Below are positions 27,452-36,474 of a DNA stretch of 64,000 nucleotides, piece by piece. Every line of letters starts with the position of its first letter. The stretch's first letter is position 1. This stretch comes from Patescibacteria group bacterium. Its GTDB lineage: Bacteria > Patescibacteriota > Minisyncoccia > Phycocordibacterales > Phycocordibacteraceae. The stretch covers positions 183,642-247,641 of the forward strand of contig JAZKAU010000002.1 of NCBI GenBank assembly GCA_040388985.1. The letters are read 5' to 3'. A program made the position numbers and the translations under genes. A model generated the notes under the pieces. That model was not told the DNA's origin, made no database searches, and worked only from the letters and a program-made list of their open reading frames with translations.

Positions 27452-27799
27452 ATGTCTCGATCACTCAAGAAAGGACCCTACGTGGACGTAAAACTCCTCA
27501 AGAAGGTCGCTGACAAGAAACCGGCTTCTGCCGGGGTGATTAAGACATGGGCCCGTGCAAGCCAGATCTCTCCGGAAATGCTCGGGTTCACCTTCGGCGT
27601 CCATAATGGCAAGCAGCACGTAGAAGTGCTGGTTACCGAGGACATGGTAGGACATCGCCTCGGCGAGTTCTCCCCGACGAAGAAGTTCGTACGGCACGGC
27701 GGTAAGATGCAGAAGGAGCTTGAGCAGAAGCGCAAGGACTCTGAGATAGCGGCCGCCAAGGCTGCTAAGGCATCGCCTGCTCCTGCCAAGAAGAAATAA
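27452..27799 (+). CDS. rpsS: 30S ribosomal protein S19 with C-extension
   Basis: [30 protein letters not shown]. Confidence 0.97.
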   Translation: MSRSLKKGPYVDVKLLKKVADKKPASAGVIKTWARASQISPEMLGFTFGVHNGKQHVEVLVTEDMVGHRLGEFSPTKKFVRHGGKMQKELEQKRKDSEIAAAKAAKASPAPAKKK

Positions 27800-27828
27800 G
27801 CCCGCACACCCAGACTCCCCCTACTACC

Positions 27829-28158
27829 ATGCAAGCCCACCTTACCAGCTACAACCAGACCCCTCGCAAGGTCCGCCTCGTGACCGACATGGTCAAAGGT
27901 AAGCGCGTGCCGCAGGCTTTGGCTGCGCTCTCCTTCCTTCCGAAGCGCGCGTCTCTTCCTATAAAGAAGCTCATCGAGTCGGCAGTAGCCAACGCGAAGC
28001 TGAAGGGAGAGGATCCCTCATCGCTCATCGTGAAGAACATCACGGTCGATAGCGCAGGCATGCTGGTCAAGTACATGCCGCGCGCTATGGGTCGCGCAGC
28101 TCCGGTACGCCGCCGAAAGAGCCAGGTCTCGGTATTCCTCACTACAGACAGCAAATAG
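27829..28158 (+). CDS. rplV: 50S ribosomal protein L22
   Basis: TPRKVRLV, SAVANA, PRAMGRA. Confidence 0.96.
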   Translation: MQAHLTSYNQTPRKVRLVTDMVKGKRVPQALAALSFLPKRASLPIKKLIESAVANAKLKGEDPSSLIVKNITVDSAGMLVKYMPRAMGRAAPVRRRKSQVSVFLTTDSK

Positions 28159-28172
28159 GCCTTACTTTTACC

Positions 28173-28883
28173 ATGACTCACACCGTACATCCCTACGCGC
28201 ATCGCCTCGGCATCATCCGTGACTGGAGGAGCCGCTGGTTCGCGCTCGACAAGAAGACCTTCCGCGAGAACCTCGCGGTGGATGCCGCTGTCCGTTCCTT
28301 TCTCACGAAGAAGCTCCGCAATATGCACATAGCGGAAATCGAGATCGAGCGCACTCAGAGCGAGCTGCGGGTCATCGTCCACACCGCCCGCCCGGGACTC
28401 GTCATCGGACGCTCCGGCGAGAACGCGGCTAAGCTCCGCAAGGAGCTCACGACTGCGGTCACCAAGGTCTCCTCGACCCATGGCCGCACCATCAAGCTCG
28501 ACATCATGGAGATCCGCCAGCCGGAGACCAGCGCCGCAGTCGTTGGCATGATGGTCGTCGAGGGTCTCGAGAAGCGCATGCCGTTCCGCCGCGTGCTCAA
28601 GTCCACCGTCGAGAAGGTGATGTCGAGCCGCGATGTCATCGGTATCCGCATCGTGGTGTCCGGTCGCCTCGGCGGCGCCGACATGAGCCGCACCGAGCAG
28701 ATCAAGCGCGGTCGCGTGCCGCTCCAGACGTTCCGCGCGAATATCGATTACGCGCACCAGGAGGCACATCTTCCGTATGGCGTCATCGGTATCAAGGTCT
28801 GGATCTACCTGGGCGAGCAGTTCTCTATGGAGGGTTCTGAGCAGCCGCGCGAGCGCATGGCTACGCCATCTCCGCGCGCATAA
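28173..28883 (+). CDS. rpsC: 30S ribosomal protein S3
   Basis: HPYAHRLG, ARPGLVIG, SGRLGGAD, GRVPLQT, YGVIGIKVWI. Confidence 0.97.
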   Translation: MTHTVHPYAHRLGIIRDWRSRWFALDKKTFRENLAVDAAVRSFLTKKLRNMHIAEIEIERTQSELRVIVHTARPGLVIGRSGENAAKLRKELTTAVTKVSSTHGRTIKLDIMEIRQPETSAAVVGMMVVEGLEKRMPFRRVLKSTVEKVMSSRDVIGIRIVVSGRLGGADMSRTEQIKRGRVPLQTFRANIDYAHQEAHLPYGVIGIKVWIYLGEQFSMEGSEQPRERMATPSPRA

Positions 28884-28904
28884 TTCCGTTTAATTCTTCG
28901 CAGT

Positions 28905-29327
28905 ATGTTATTCCCTAAGAAAGTAAAGCACCGCAAGTGGCAGACCGGACGCAAGTCCGAGGCTAAGCTCGCGCGCCCTGATACGCGCGGAACTGCCGTA
29001 TCCTTCGGCAGCTACGGCCTCAAGGCGACGACTGCGCACCGCGTGACGAGCAACCAGATCGAGGCTGCCCGTAAGGTCCTTACCCGCGCCACCGGAAAGG
29101 GAGGGAAGATGTGGATCCGTATCTTTCCGGACCGCCCGGTCACTGCGAAGCCCGCTGAGGTCGGCATGGGTAAAGGTAAGGGAGATCCGAAGCACTTCGT
29201 CTTCGAAGTGCGTCCGGGACGCGTGCTCTTCGAGCTCGATGGCGTCGAGGACGCGAAGGCGCGCGACGCTATGCGTCGCGCAGGCTCCAAGCTTCCGGTA
29301 AAGACGAGCGTCGTCACGCGCGCATAA
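28905..29327 (+). CDS. rplP: 50S ribosomal protein L16
   Basis: NQIEAAR, WIRIFPDRPVT, MGKGKG. Confidence 0.97.
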   Translation: MLFPKKVKHRKWQTGRKSEAKLARPDTRGTAVSFGSYGLKATTAHRVTSNQIEAARKVLTRATGKGGKMWIRIFPDRPVTAKPAEVGMGKGKGDPKHFVFEVRPGRVLFELDGVEDAKARDAMRRAGSKLPVKTSVVTRA

Positions 29328-29334
29328 ATCATAT

Positions 29335-29526
29335 ATGACAAAGAAAATCGATTTCAAAGAGAAGAACCCGAGCGAGCTCACGGCATTGCTCGCGCAGAAG
29401 CGTGAAGAGCTCCGCGCGCTCCGCTTTTCAGCCGCAGGTTCGCGCATGAAGGACGCGAGCGCGCCTCGCAAGCTCCGCGCTGACGTCGCCCGCATACTGA
29501 CCGAACTTAGCAGCCGCGCCGCATAA
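29335..29526 (+). CDS. rpmC: 50S ribosomal protein L29
   Basis: REELRALRF, RKLRADVARILT; position. Confidence 0.93.
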   Translation: MTKKIDFKEKNPSELTALLAQKREELRALRFSAAGSRMKDASAPRKLRADVARILTELSSRAA

Positions 29527-29534
29527 CCTTCGAT

Positions 29535-29816
29535 ATGGAACCTACAACCCTAAAGCCCCAGACATTCTCAGGTACCGTCGTAAAGACGGCCATGAAGGAC
29601 ACGGCCACCGTGGCGGTCTCCCGCTATGTGAAGCATCCGAAGTACAAGAAGTACCAGACCCGTACCAAGAAGTTCCTCGTGCATGACCCCGAGAACCAGG
29701 CTTCGGTCGGCGATCAGGTCACCATCGTCGCGACTCGCCCGATATCGAAGCAGAAGCGCTTCGCGCTCAAGTCCATCGACGTAGTCGCCGAGCAGGTCGA
29801 AGCCTTCGAAGCATAG
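29535..29816 (+). CDS. rpsQ: 30S ribosomal protein S17
   Basis: GTVVKTAMKDT, HPKYKK, HD, TRPISK. Confidence 0.96.
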   Translation: MEPTTLKPQTFSGTVVKTAMKDTATVAVSRYVKHPKYKKYQTRTKKFLVHDPENQASVGDQVTIVATRPISKQKRFALKSIDVVAEQVEAFEA

Positions 29817-29834
29817 TCATTAATTAATCCGCGT

Positions 29835-30212
29835 ATGTTGCAGCCACAATCCATCGTCACCGTCGCAGACAATTCGGGAGCCAAAGTCGCCCGCGTCTTC
29901 AAGGTGCTCGGGGGCAGCAAGCGCCGCTACGCGGAGCTGGGCGATGTCGTCGTCGTCTCCATCCAGACGGTAGAGCCTCGCAAGGCGGTCAAGAAGAAGG
30001 ACATCTACAAGGCGGTCGTCGTGCGCCAGAGGAAGCCGTACCGTCGCGCGAACGGCTCCTACGTGCGCTTCGACGATAATGCGGTCGTGCTCATCGAGAA
30101 GCAGGGTAAGGAGATGGGTCCTAAGGGAAACCGCGTCTTCGGCCCGGTACCGCGCGATCTCATCGAGCGCGGGTGGCAGAACATCGCTTCCATAGCGCCG
30201 GAAGTCGTATAG
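29835..30212 (+). CDS. rplN: 50S ribosomal protein L14
   Basis: VADNSGAK, RFDDNAVV, RVFGPV, APEVV. Confidence 0.97.
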   Translation: MLQPQSIVTVADNSGAKVARVFKVLGGSKRRYAELGDVVVVSIQTVEPRKAVKKKDIYKAVVVRQRKPYRRANGSYVRFDDNAVVLIEKQGKEMGPKGNRVFGPVPRDLIERGWQNIASIAPEVV

Positions 30213-30234
30213 TCCAGAATTTACCTATACTTTT

Positions 30235-30546
30235 ATGAAAATGAAACTCAAGAAAGGCGACTCAGTGATGGTCATCTCCGGCAAGGACAAGGGTAAGACC
30301 GGCACCATCGCGCACGCACTCCCGCTTGAAGGGAAGGTCGTCATCGACGGCGTCGGAGTCTACAAGAAGCACATCAAGGGCGCACGCGGACAGAGCGGCT
30401 CCATCGTCGAGCGCCCGCGCGCCATTGATGCTTCAAATGTCATGTTCATGGACCCGAAAGAGAAGAAGCCGACCCGCATCGGCCGCAAGGTAGAGAACGG
30501 CAAGGTCGTCCGATTCGCGAAGAAAAGCGGCGCAACGCTCTCCTAA
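30235..30546 (+). CDS. rplX: 50S ribosomal protein L24
   Basis: KKGDSVMVISGKDKGKTG KOW motif, IDASNV. Confidence 0.96.
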   Translation: MKMKLKKGDSVMVISGKDKGKTGTIAHALPLEGKVVIDGVGVYKKHIKGARGQSGSIVERPRAIDASNVMFMDPKEKKPTRIGRKVENGKVVRFAKKSGATLS

Positions 30547-30557
30547 TCAACGTATCT

Positions 30558-31097
30558 ATGATGATCTCACAGCAAAAACAGAAGAGCACCTACGACACCT
30601 TCAAGGGGCAGTTCGGCTACGCAAATACCATGGCAGCGCCGCGCCTCCTCAAGATCACCGTATCGAGCGGCGTGGGGAAAGCTAAGGACAAGAACCGCAA
30701 CAAGCTCGTCGAAGAGAAGCTCGCGCGTATCACCGGTCAGAAGCCGGCAGCGCGGGCTGCTAAGAAGTCCATCGCCGCCTTCAAGTCGCGCGAAGGCGAC
30801 ATCGTCGGCTATCAGGTCACGCTTCGCGGAGCTCGTATGTACGAATTCCTCGATAAGCTCGTCCACATCGCCCTTCCTCGTACGCGCGACTTCCGCGGAC
30901 TGAGCGCCACTGCCATCGACGAGATGGGCAACATGACCATCGGTATCCGTGAGAACTCCATCTTCCCGGAAACTTCCGAAGAGGACCTCAAGGACGTCTT
31001 CGGCCTCGCTATCACGCTCACGACCACCGCAAAGACCAAGCCCGAAGCAGAAGCCTTCTTCCGCCATCTCGATATTCCGCTTAAGGTCGCTGCGTAA
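30558..31097 (+). CDS. rplE: 50S ribosomal protein L5
   Basis: ITGQKP, KKSIAAFK, VTLRG, LPRTRDFRG. Confidence 0.97.
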   Translation: MMISQQKQKSTYDTFKGQFGYANTMAAPRLLKITVSSGVGKAKDKNRNKLVEEKLARITGQKPAARAAKKSIAAFKSREGDIVGYQVTLRGARMYEFLDKLVHIALPRTRDFRGLSATAIDEMGNMTIGIRENSIFPETSEEDLKDVFGLAITLTTTAKTKPEAEAFFRHLDIPLKVAA

Positions 31098-31114
31098 CTC
31101 CTTTAATCCAAGAC

Positions 31115-31151
31115 GAAAACGGCCAGAACGCGTAGAGTTCTGGCCGTTTTC
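31115..31151 (+). terminator. terminator after rplE
   Basis: GAAAACGGCCAGAAC-gcgtaga-GTTCTGGCCGTTTTC. Confidence 0.75.
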
Positions 31152-31209
31152 TTCTACCGGTGCGATCTCGTATCTGCGAAATCACCATTTTGATATATAC
31201 TCCTCTTCA

Positions 31210-31875
31210 ATGAAGCCGCTGAACGTGCCGCTCGTCCGCCAGGAGAAGAATTCGGTCTTGTGCGGAGTAGCCAGCATCCGCATGCTGCTCGCGTACCATG
31301 GCATCGAGGCGAACCAGGAAGCTATCCTGAAAGAAGTGAAGATACACAAAGGCTGGGGAACCTTTACTCCGCAGTGGGGAATCTTCCTCATGAACCACGG
31401 GTTTAAGGTTGAGATAATCACGCAGAACCCCAAACTCTTTACGGCAAAGGACCGGGGGAAGAAGAAGGCTGTCTTACTGAAAGTCTTGGAGGAGCGGCTC
31501 GGCATAGCAGACAGTAAGACCGATATCGCAGCCATCAAGGAATATATAACCTACCTCAAGCAGGGAGGAGTGCTTACCGTAAAGATTCCAGATGTGAGAG
31601 ATATACAGGAGGAGATACGCAGCAAGCGGCCCTTGCTTGCCGAACTCACGAGCAACTGGCTGCTCGGGCTGCGACGGAACGTGAATTTCCATTTCAATGT
31701 CATAACGGGCATAGATGCAAAATACGCATATGTGAATGATCCCCTGTGGCATTCGGCCGGAGGGAAGAAGCGCTATCCTATAGCCGACTATCTCTTCGCT
31801 CTACACGCCTCATCCTATGGAAGTCCCGACGAAGGCTGCCTTATGAAGGTCATACCGAATTCCCGCCCATCGTAA
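31210..31875 (+). CDS. C39-like cysteine peptidase
   Basis: LNVPLVRQ..LCGVASIRMLLAYHG, HFNVITG, YVNDP. Confidence 0.82.
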   Translation: MKPLNVPLVRQEKNSVLCGVASIRMLLAYHGIEANQEAILKEVKIHKGWGTFTPQWGIFLMNHGFKVEIITQNPKLFTAKDRGKKKAVLLKVLEERLGIADSKTDIAAIKEYITYLKQGGVLTVKIPDVRDIQEEIRSKRPLLAELTSNWLLGLRRNVNFHFNVITGIDAKYAYVNDPLWHSAGGKKRYPIADYLFALHASSYGSPDEGCLMKVIPNSRPS

Positions 31876-32048
31876 GCGAGAGTGAGCGCAAGTGTCGGGA
31901 GATAGTTCTTAATATATCTACTGAACCGTCTTTCTTGCTTACCCTACCGATTTCCTATACGGTTACGTCAGGTCAACCAAGCGGTGTATTGTCGCTTGTA
32001 TGTACACGTACTGATAATCAAACCACTGGACATTGAAAGGGAAATAGC

Positions 32049-32711
32049 ATGCATAGAACCGCACAAGGGTGGATTGACGCGTATCGCTCGCGCGATGCGT
32101 TCTGGATCCACGATGGAAATCCGCGCCGTCCGCATGCCCTCCTCACATCGGGGAAGCATTCGAACGGTTTCTTCTACAGCAAGCCGATTATCGCAGACAG
32201 GGGTCTGCTCAGCGAAGCCGCGTCAGACCTCATCGAACTGCTCGATCAGCGTGGCGGTGATCTGGGCTTGGTGGACTGCGTCGTGGGTCCTCAGACCGGA
32301 GCCACGCTGCTTGCCGAGCTCCTTGGTCGCGAACTCGGCTGTTCCTGGGCTTCACCTGCGAAGGCGGGGGAAGGGGATGACCGATCGATGATCTTCTCGC
32401 GAAACGAGATCGCGCAACTGCCGGGTAATTCGGTACTGCCATGCGAAGACGTGCTTACCACCGGCGGAAGCGTCATGCTTGCCGCGAATGCCGTGAACGA
32501 TGCTGGCGGGATCGTCCTGCCGTTTATCCTCGTACTCGTGAACCGTTCCGGCCTCACCGAGGTGGACGGGAAGCAGATCGTCTCGCTTATCGACCGGCAT
32601 ATGCCCATATGGGAACCGGACGACTGTCCGTTGTGCCGGGCTGGCTCCTCACCTATCTCACCGAAGCGGCCTGAGACGAACTGGAGTCTGCTCAACAAAC
32701 CCTACGACTGA
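32049..32711 (+). CDS. pyrE: orotate phosphoribosyltransferase
   Basis: LLTSGKHS, VVGPQTGA, EDVLTTGGS PRPP loop, C-terminal CPLC; adjacent to pyrF. Confidence 0.85.
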   Translation: MHRTAQGWIDAYRSRDAFWIHDGNPRRPHALLTSGKHSNGFFYSKPIIADRGLLSEAASDLIELLDQRGGDLGLVDCVVGPQTGATLLAELLGRELGCSWASPAKAGEGDDRSMIFSRNEIAQLPGNSVLPCEDVLTTGGSVMLAANAVNDAGGIVLPFILVLVNRSGLTEVDGKQIVSLIDRHMPIWEPDDCPLCRAGSSPISPKRPETNWSLLNKPYD

Positions 32712-32724
32712 CAGGAGGAATGCG

Positions 32725-33471
32725 ATGATTGAACTTACCCCCGCACAGCGGCTCATTGTCGCCGCTGACTTCCGGCTCGAGAGCTCGGGCCCGAACGGCG
32801 GCACCTTCGCGGTTCGCCAAAGGCTCCGAACGTTTCTGAAAAGTCTTGAGGGGACCGGAGTCACCATCAAGGCGAACAGTCTCCTCCGGGTCTTCGGCTA
32901 CGAGCTGATCCGCGAGATCCAGGGCTATGGCCTCGGCGTCTTCGCGGATCTGAAGCTGAATGACATCTCGAACACCCTCAAGACCGACGGCGAGTTCCTG
33001 CAAACTCTCCAACCCGAAATGCTCACGGTCATGTGCAGTGCGGGCGTGGGCGGCATGCAGGCACTGAAGGCCCAACTGCCCCTGACCGAGGTCCTGGGCG
33101 TCACGGTCCTGACGAGCCTTACGTCTGCCGATACGGTCAGGATGTTCGGCACCGCGCCGGACTCTGCTGCCGTCAGGTTCGCCGAGATGGCGAAGGAAGC
33201 CGGAATCGGCGGCTTGATTTCTTCGGCAGCGGAAGCACATCTTCTCCGGAAAGTCGTGGGAGAGGGAATGACCATCAACGCGGCTGGGATTCGGCCAGGT
33301 GCCATCGTCGTTGGAAGCGACGATCAGAATCCCGATCGAGCCAGGACGCCGCTCGAAGCGTTCGAAGCCGGCGTCGATCGTATCATCGTCGGACGTCCGA
33401 TCGTCGAGGATCCAAATCCGTACGACGCTACGATGCGTATCATCGACAGCTATGCGCACCTGTTCGCGTGA
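32725..33471 (+). CDS. pyrF: orotidine-5'-phosphate decarboxylase
   Basis: LIVAAD, VFADLKLNDISNT (DxKxxD), GVTVLTSL, GIRP, DDQ, IIVGRPI. Confidence 0.9.
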   Translation: MIELTPAQRLIVAADFRLESSGPNGGTFAVRQRLRTFLKSLEGTGVTIKANSLLRVFGYELIREIQGYGLGVFADLKLNDISNTLKTDGEFLQTLQPEMLTVMCSAGVGGMQALKAQLPLTEVLGVTVLTSLTSADTVRMFGTAPDSAAVRFAEMAKEAGIGGLISSAAEAHLLRKVVGEGMTINAAGIRPGAIVVGSDDQNPDRARTPLEAFEAGVDRIIVGRPIVEDPNPYDATMRIIDSYAHLFA

Positions 33472-33488
33472 TCCCAAAGAATCATATA

Positions 33489-33523
33489 CGGCCCGGGAGG
33501 AAACTCCCGGGCCGCTTTATTTT
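33489..33523 (+). terminator. terminator after pyrF
   Basis: CGGCCCGGGAG-gaaa-CTCCCGGGCCG then CTTTATTTT. Confidence 0.8.
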
Positions 33524-33587
33524 AATTAGTTATATATCGTTGGGAAAACCAACTTCTGTGCATAGTCTCGTGGCATCTCATCCGTCG

Positions 33588-33690
33588 GGAGCGAGGGCGA
33601 GGAATGGTGTGGCAGCGGAAGGGATAGTCCCGAGAAGGTATACCCTCACAGGGAACTATCCCTGAAGCAACACCATTCCGCAGCCCGAGC
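33588..33690. other. about 100-nt long imperfect hairpin element upstream of the rpsN promoter
   Basis: GGGC/GCCC, GGAATGGTGT/ACACCATTCC, AGGGATAGT/ACTATCCCT nested stems. Confidence 0.55.
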
Positions 33691-33696
33691 GGCTCG

Positions 33697-33725
33697 TTGA
33701 CAGGCTATTTGCTTGCTGATACAGT
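33697..33725 (+). promoter_or_regulatory. promoter of the rpsN-secY segment
   Basis: TTGACA-17 nt-TACAGT. Confidence 0.75.
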
Positions 33726-33756
33726 ACCTCTACGGCTCTCCGGAGCTCTTTTTCGT

Positions 33757-34026
33757 ATGGCCAAAGCCTCACAAATCGCCCGCAATATCAAGAAGGAAAA
33801 GCTTGTCGCCAAGTACGCTGTTAAGCGTGCCGAACTCAAGGCTGCCGGCGACTCGGCGGGCCTTCAGAAGCTTCCTCGCAATTCTTCCGCTACGCGCGTG
33901 AAGAACCGCTGCGCCGTTACCGGCCGCAGCCGCGGCTATATGCGCAGCTTCGGCCTCTCGCGCATAGCCTTCCGCGAGCTCGCACGCGAGGGCAAGATTC
34001 CAGGAGTAAAGAAAGCATCATGGTAA
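33757..34026 (+). CDS. rpsN: 30S ribosomal protein S14 (89-aa, non-zinc-finger type)
   Basis: [46 protein letters not shown]; one Cys. Confidence 0.97.
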   Translation: MAKASQIARNIKKEKLVAKYAVKRAELKAAGDSAGLQKLPRNSSATRVKNRCAVTGRSRGYMRSFGLSRIAFRELAREGKIPGVKKASW

Positions 34027-34412
34027 CCGACCGCGTTGGAGATTTCATAATCCGCTTGAAGAATGCCGGAGCCATCGGCAACACGACCGTCACGGCTCCG
34101 CATTCCAAGCATATCGAAGCCATCGCGAACAAGCTCAAGGAGCTCGGCTTCGTGGAGCGCGTCGAAGTATCGAAGACCGCGCCTCGACAGATCGAGGTCA
34201 CCCTCATGTATGACGCGAAGGGCAAGCATCGCATAAACGGCGTGAAGCGCGTGAGCAAGCCTGGTCGCCGCCTCTACGTCGCGAGCACTGAAGCGCACAG
34301 CGTGAAGAACGGTCTGGGAGCGCGTATCATCTCGACGCCTAAGGGCATCCTCGCCGATCGCGAGGCGCGCAAGGTCCGTGCAGGCGGCGAAGCTCTCTTC
34401 GAGATCTGGTAA
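34020..34412 (+). CDS. rpsH: 30S ribosomal protein S8
   Basis: [28 protein letters not shown]. Confidence 0.97.
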   Translation: MVTDRVGDFIIRLKNAGAIGNTTVTAPHSKHIEAIANKLKELGFVERVEVSKTAPRQIEVTLMYDAKGKHRINGVKRVSKPGRRLYVASTEAHSVKNGLGARIISTPKGILADREARKVRAGGEALFEIW

Positions 34413-34427
34413 CTCTATTTTCGTACT

Positions 34428-34964
34428 ATGTCCTTCCGCATCGCAAAGAAACCGATAGTGATCCCATCTAAAGTAAGCGTCTCGACCGACGGAGGCGTGC
34501 TTTCGGTGAAGGGATCGAGCGCAACGCTTGTACGTCCTATCCACTCGACGGTAGCTATCGACGTCACTCCTGAGGGCGTCACTATCGCTCCTAAGAACAA
34601 CAGCAAGCTCGCCCGTGCGCTTACCGGCACCTTCGCCGCGCATTTGACCGCCATGATCTCGGGCGTCGAGACGCCGTTCAAGAAGGTCCTCATCCTGAAG
34701 GGCGTGGGATACAAGGTCGAGCTCAAAGGTCGCGACCTCGTCTTCAACGTCGGCTTCTCGCACCAGGTCACGCTTACGATTCCTGAGGATCTCACCGCAA
34801 CGGTGGAGAAGATGAACATCACCATCTCGGGAGCTGATAAGCAGCGGGTCGGACAGTTCGCAGCCGAAGTGCGCGCCGTGAAGCCGCCAGAGCCGTATCT
34901 TGGAAAGGGTATCGCCTACGAAGGCGAGGTTATACGCCGTAAGCAGGGCAAGAAGGCCGTCTAA
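34428..34964 (+). CDS. rplF: 50S ribosomal protein L6
   Basis: GVGYK, GFSH, PPEPYLGKGI. Confidence 0.97.
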   Translation: MSFRIAKKPIVIPSKVSVSTDGGVLSVKGSSATLVRPIHSTVAIDVTPEGVTIAPKNNSKLARALTGTFAAHLTAMISGVETPFKKVLILKGVGYKVELKGRDLVFNVGFSHQVTLTIPEDLTATVEKMNITISGADKQRVGQFAAEVRAVKPPEPYLGKGIAYEGEVIRRKQGKKAV

Positions 34965-34984
34965 TATACGTTTAATACTCTTGT

Positions 34985-35335
34985 ATGACCCGACTCGGAA
35001 CATCATCGAAGCAGCTGCGCGAACGCCGTCACACGCGGGTACGCGCCAAGGTAAGCGGTACGACCGAGCGTCCTCGCCTGGCTATCTTCCGTTCCAACCG
35101 TTTCGTGTCCGCGCAGGTCATCGACGACACCAAGGGACATACGCTCGCTTCTGCGCACGGCCGCGAATTCAAGGGCGCACAGTCGCTCCAGGCAGCTGCG
35201 GTAGGGAAGGCAGTCGCTGAGCGCGCGAAGGCTGCAGGTGTCGATGCGGTGGTCTTCGATCGCGGCGGCTATTCCTACGCAGCACAGGTCCGGAATCTTG
35301 CGGACGCAGCGCGCGAAGGCGGGCTCACTTTCTAA
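34985..35335 (+). CDS. rplR: 50S ribosomal protein L18
   Basis: [30 protein letters not shown]. Confidence 0.97.
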   Translation: MTRLGTSSKQLRERRHTRVRAKVSGTTERPRLAIFRSNRFVSAQVIDDTKGHTLASAHGREFKGAQSLQAAAVGKAVAERAKAAGVDAVVFDRGGYSYAAQVRNLADAAREGGLTF

Positions 35336-35341
35336 TACTTT

Positions 35342-35995
35342 ATGACTGATACCACCATTATGCCCGAGACCGAAGTAGCGCCCGACGTAGCTGTCGAGGA
35401 AGCTGCACCTGTCGAAGTCGCGGAGACTCCGGCAGCCGCAGCCCCTACCACCGATCGTCCTCTAGGCGACCGCGGGCCACAGCGCGGCCGCGGAGGACCT
35501 GGCGGTGGCCGCCCGGGAGGACGTCCGGGAGGGCGCGGACGTGAGCGCGCTCCTCGCGAGCGCAGCGAGTTCGAACAGGTAACGCTGGACGTGCGCCGTG
35601 TGGCCCGTGTCATGGCCGGAGGACGCCGCTTCTCCTTCAGCGTGACGGTCGTTATCGGCGACAAGAAAGGTCGCGTGGGTGTGGGGCTCGGCAAGGGTGC
35701 CGATACCGCGCTCGCTATCGACAAGGCAGTCCGTGCCGCGAAGAAGGCCATGATCACCGTGCCGCTTACCAAGAGCCGCTCTATCGAGCACGCGGTAGAC
35801 GCGAAGTACTCGTCGTCGACGGTAGAGCTCATCCCGAGCCCGGGCCGCGGTCTCGTCGCAGGTTCCGCGATGCGTACCGTACTCGAGCACGCAGGCGTCA
35901 CCGATGTCATCACCAAGATCCAGACCCGTTCGAAGAACAAGCTCACCATCGCGCGCGCGACCATACAGGCGCTCAAATCGCTTCAGGCCCGCTAG
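35342..35995 (+). CDS. rpsE: 30S ribosomal protein S5 with acidic/RGG N-extension
   Basis: RRVARVMAGGRRFSFSVTVVIGDKKGRVGVGLGKG. Confidence 0.97.
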   Translation: MTDTTIMPETEVAPDVAVEEAAPVEVAETPAAAAPTTDRPLGDRGPQRGRGGPGGGRPGGRPGGRGRERAPRERSEFEQVTLDVRRVARVMAGGRRFSFSVTVVIGDKKGRVGVGLGKGADTALAIDKAVRAAKKAMITVPLTKSRSIEHAVDAKYSSSTVELIPSPGRGLVAGSAMRTVLEHAGVTDVITKIQTRSKNKLTIARATIQALKSLQAR

Positions 35996-36006
35996 TATCT
36001 ACTTTT

Positions 36007-36474
36007 ATGCAAACGAACACCCTTAAAGCAGCAACGCCTCGCATCACGACCGCCCGAGTAGGACGCGGTGGCAAGCGTGGAAAGACGAGCGGTCGCGGTA
36101 CCAAGGGACAGAATGCGCGTGCCGGACACAAGAAGCGTCCCGAGATGCGCGATCTCCTCAAGAAGCTCCCGAAGCGCCGCGGATTCGGTAAGAACCGTTC
36201 ACGCACCGTGCGTCCGCAGGTCATCTACTCGGCAGTGAACCTTTCCGCTCTCGAGAAGGCCTTCGTCGCCGGCGAGACCGTATCTCCGCTCACGCTCATG
36301 AAGAAGAGCCTCGTGCGCTCGCGCGGCGGGTACATCCTTCCGGTAAAGATTCTCGGCACCGGAAGCATCACGAAGGCGCTTACCGTTACCAACTGCGAGG
36401 CATCCGCTGCAGCGCTCGCTGCGATCCTGGCTGCTGGCGGCTCGCTCACTAACCGCCAGAACGATGTTCGCTAA
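36007..36474 (+). CDS. rplO: 50S ribosomal protein L15 (directly follows rpsE; no rpmD)
   Basis: RVGRGGKRGKTSGRGTKGQNAR, LPKRRG, VKILGTG. Confidence 0.96.
   Translation: MQTNTLKAATPRITTARVGRGGKRGKTSGRGTKGQNARAGHKKRPEMRDLLKKLPKRRGFGKNRSRTVRPQVIYSAVNLSALEKAFVAGETVSPLTLMKKSLVRSRGGYILPVKILGTGSITKALTVTNCEASAAALAAILAAGGSLTNRQNDVR

Noticed and set aside
35995-36007. Missing rpmD (L30) as a novelty
   Set aside because: Absence of L30 is an established CPR trait; used only as a taxonomic clue.
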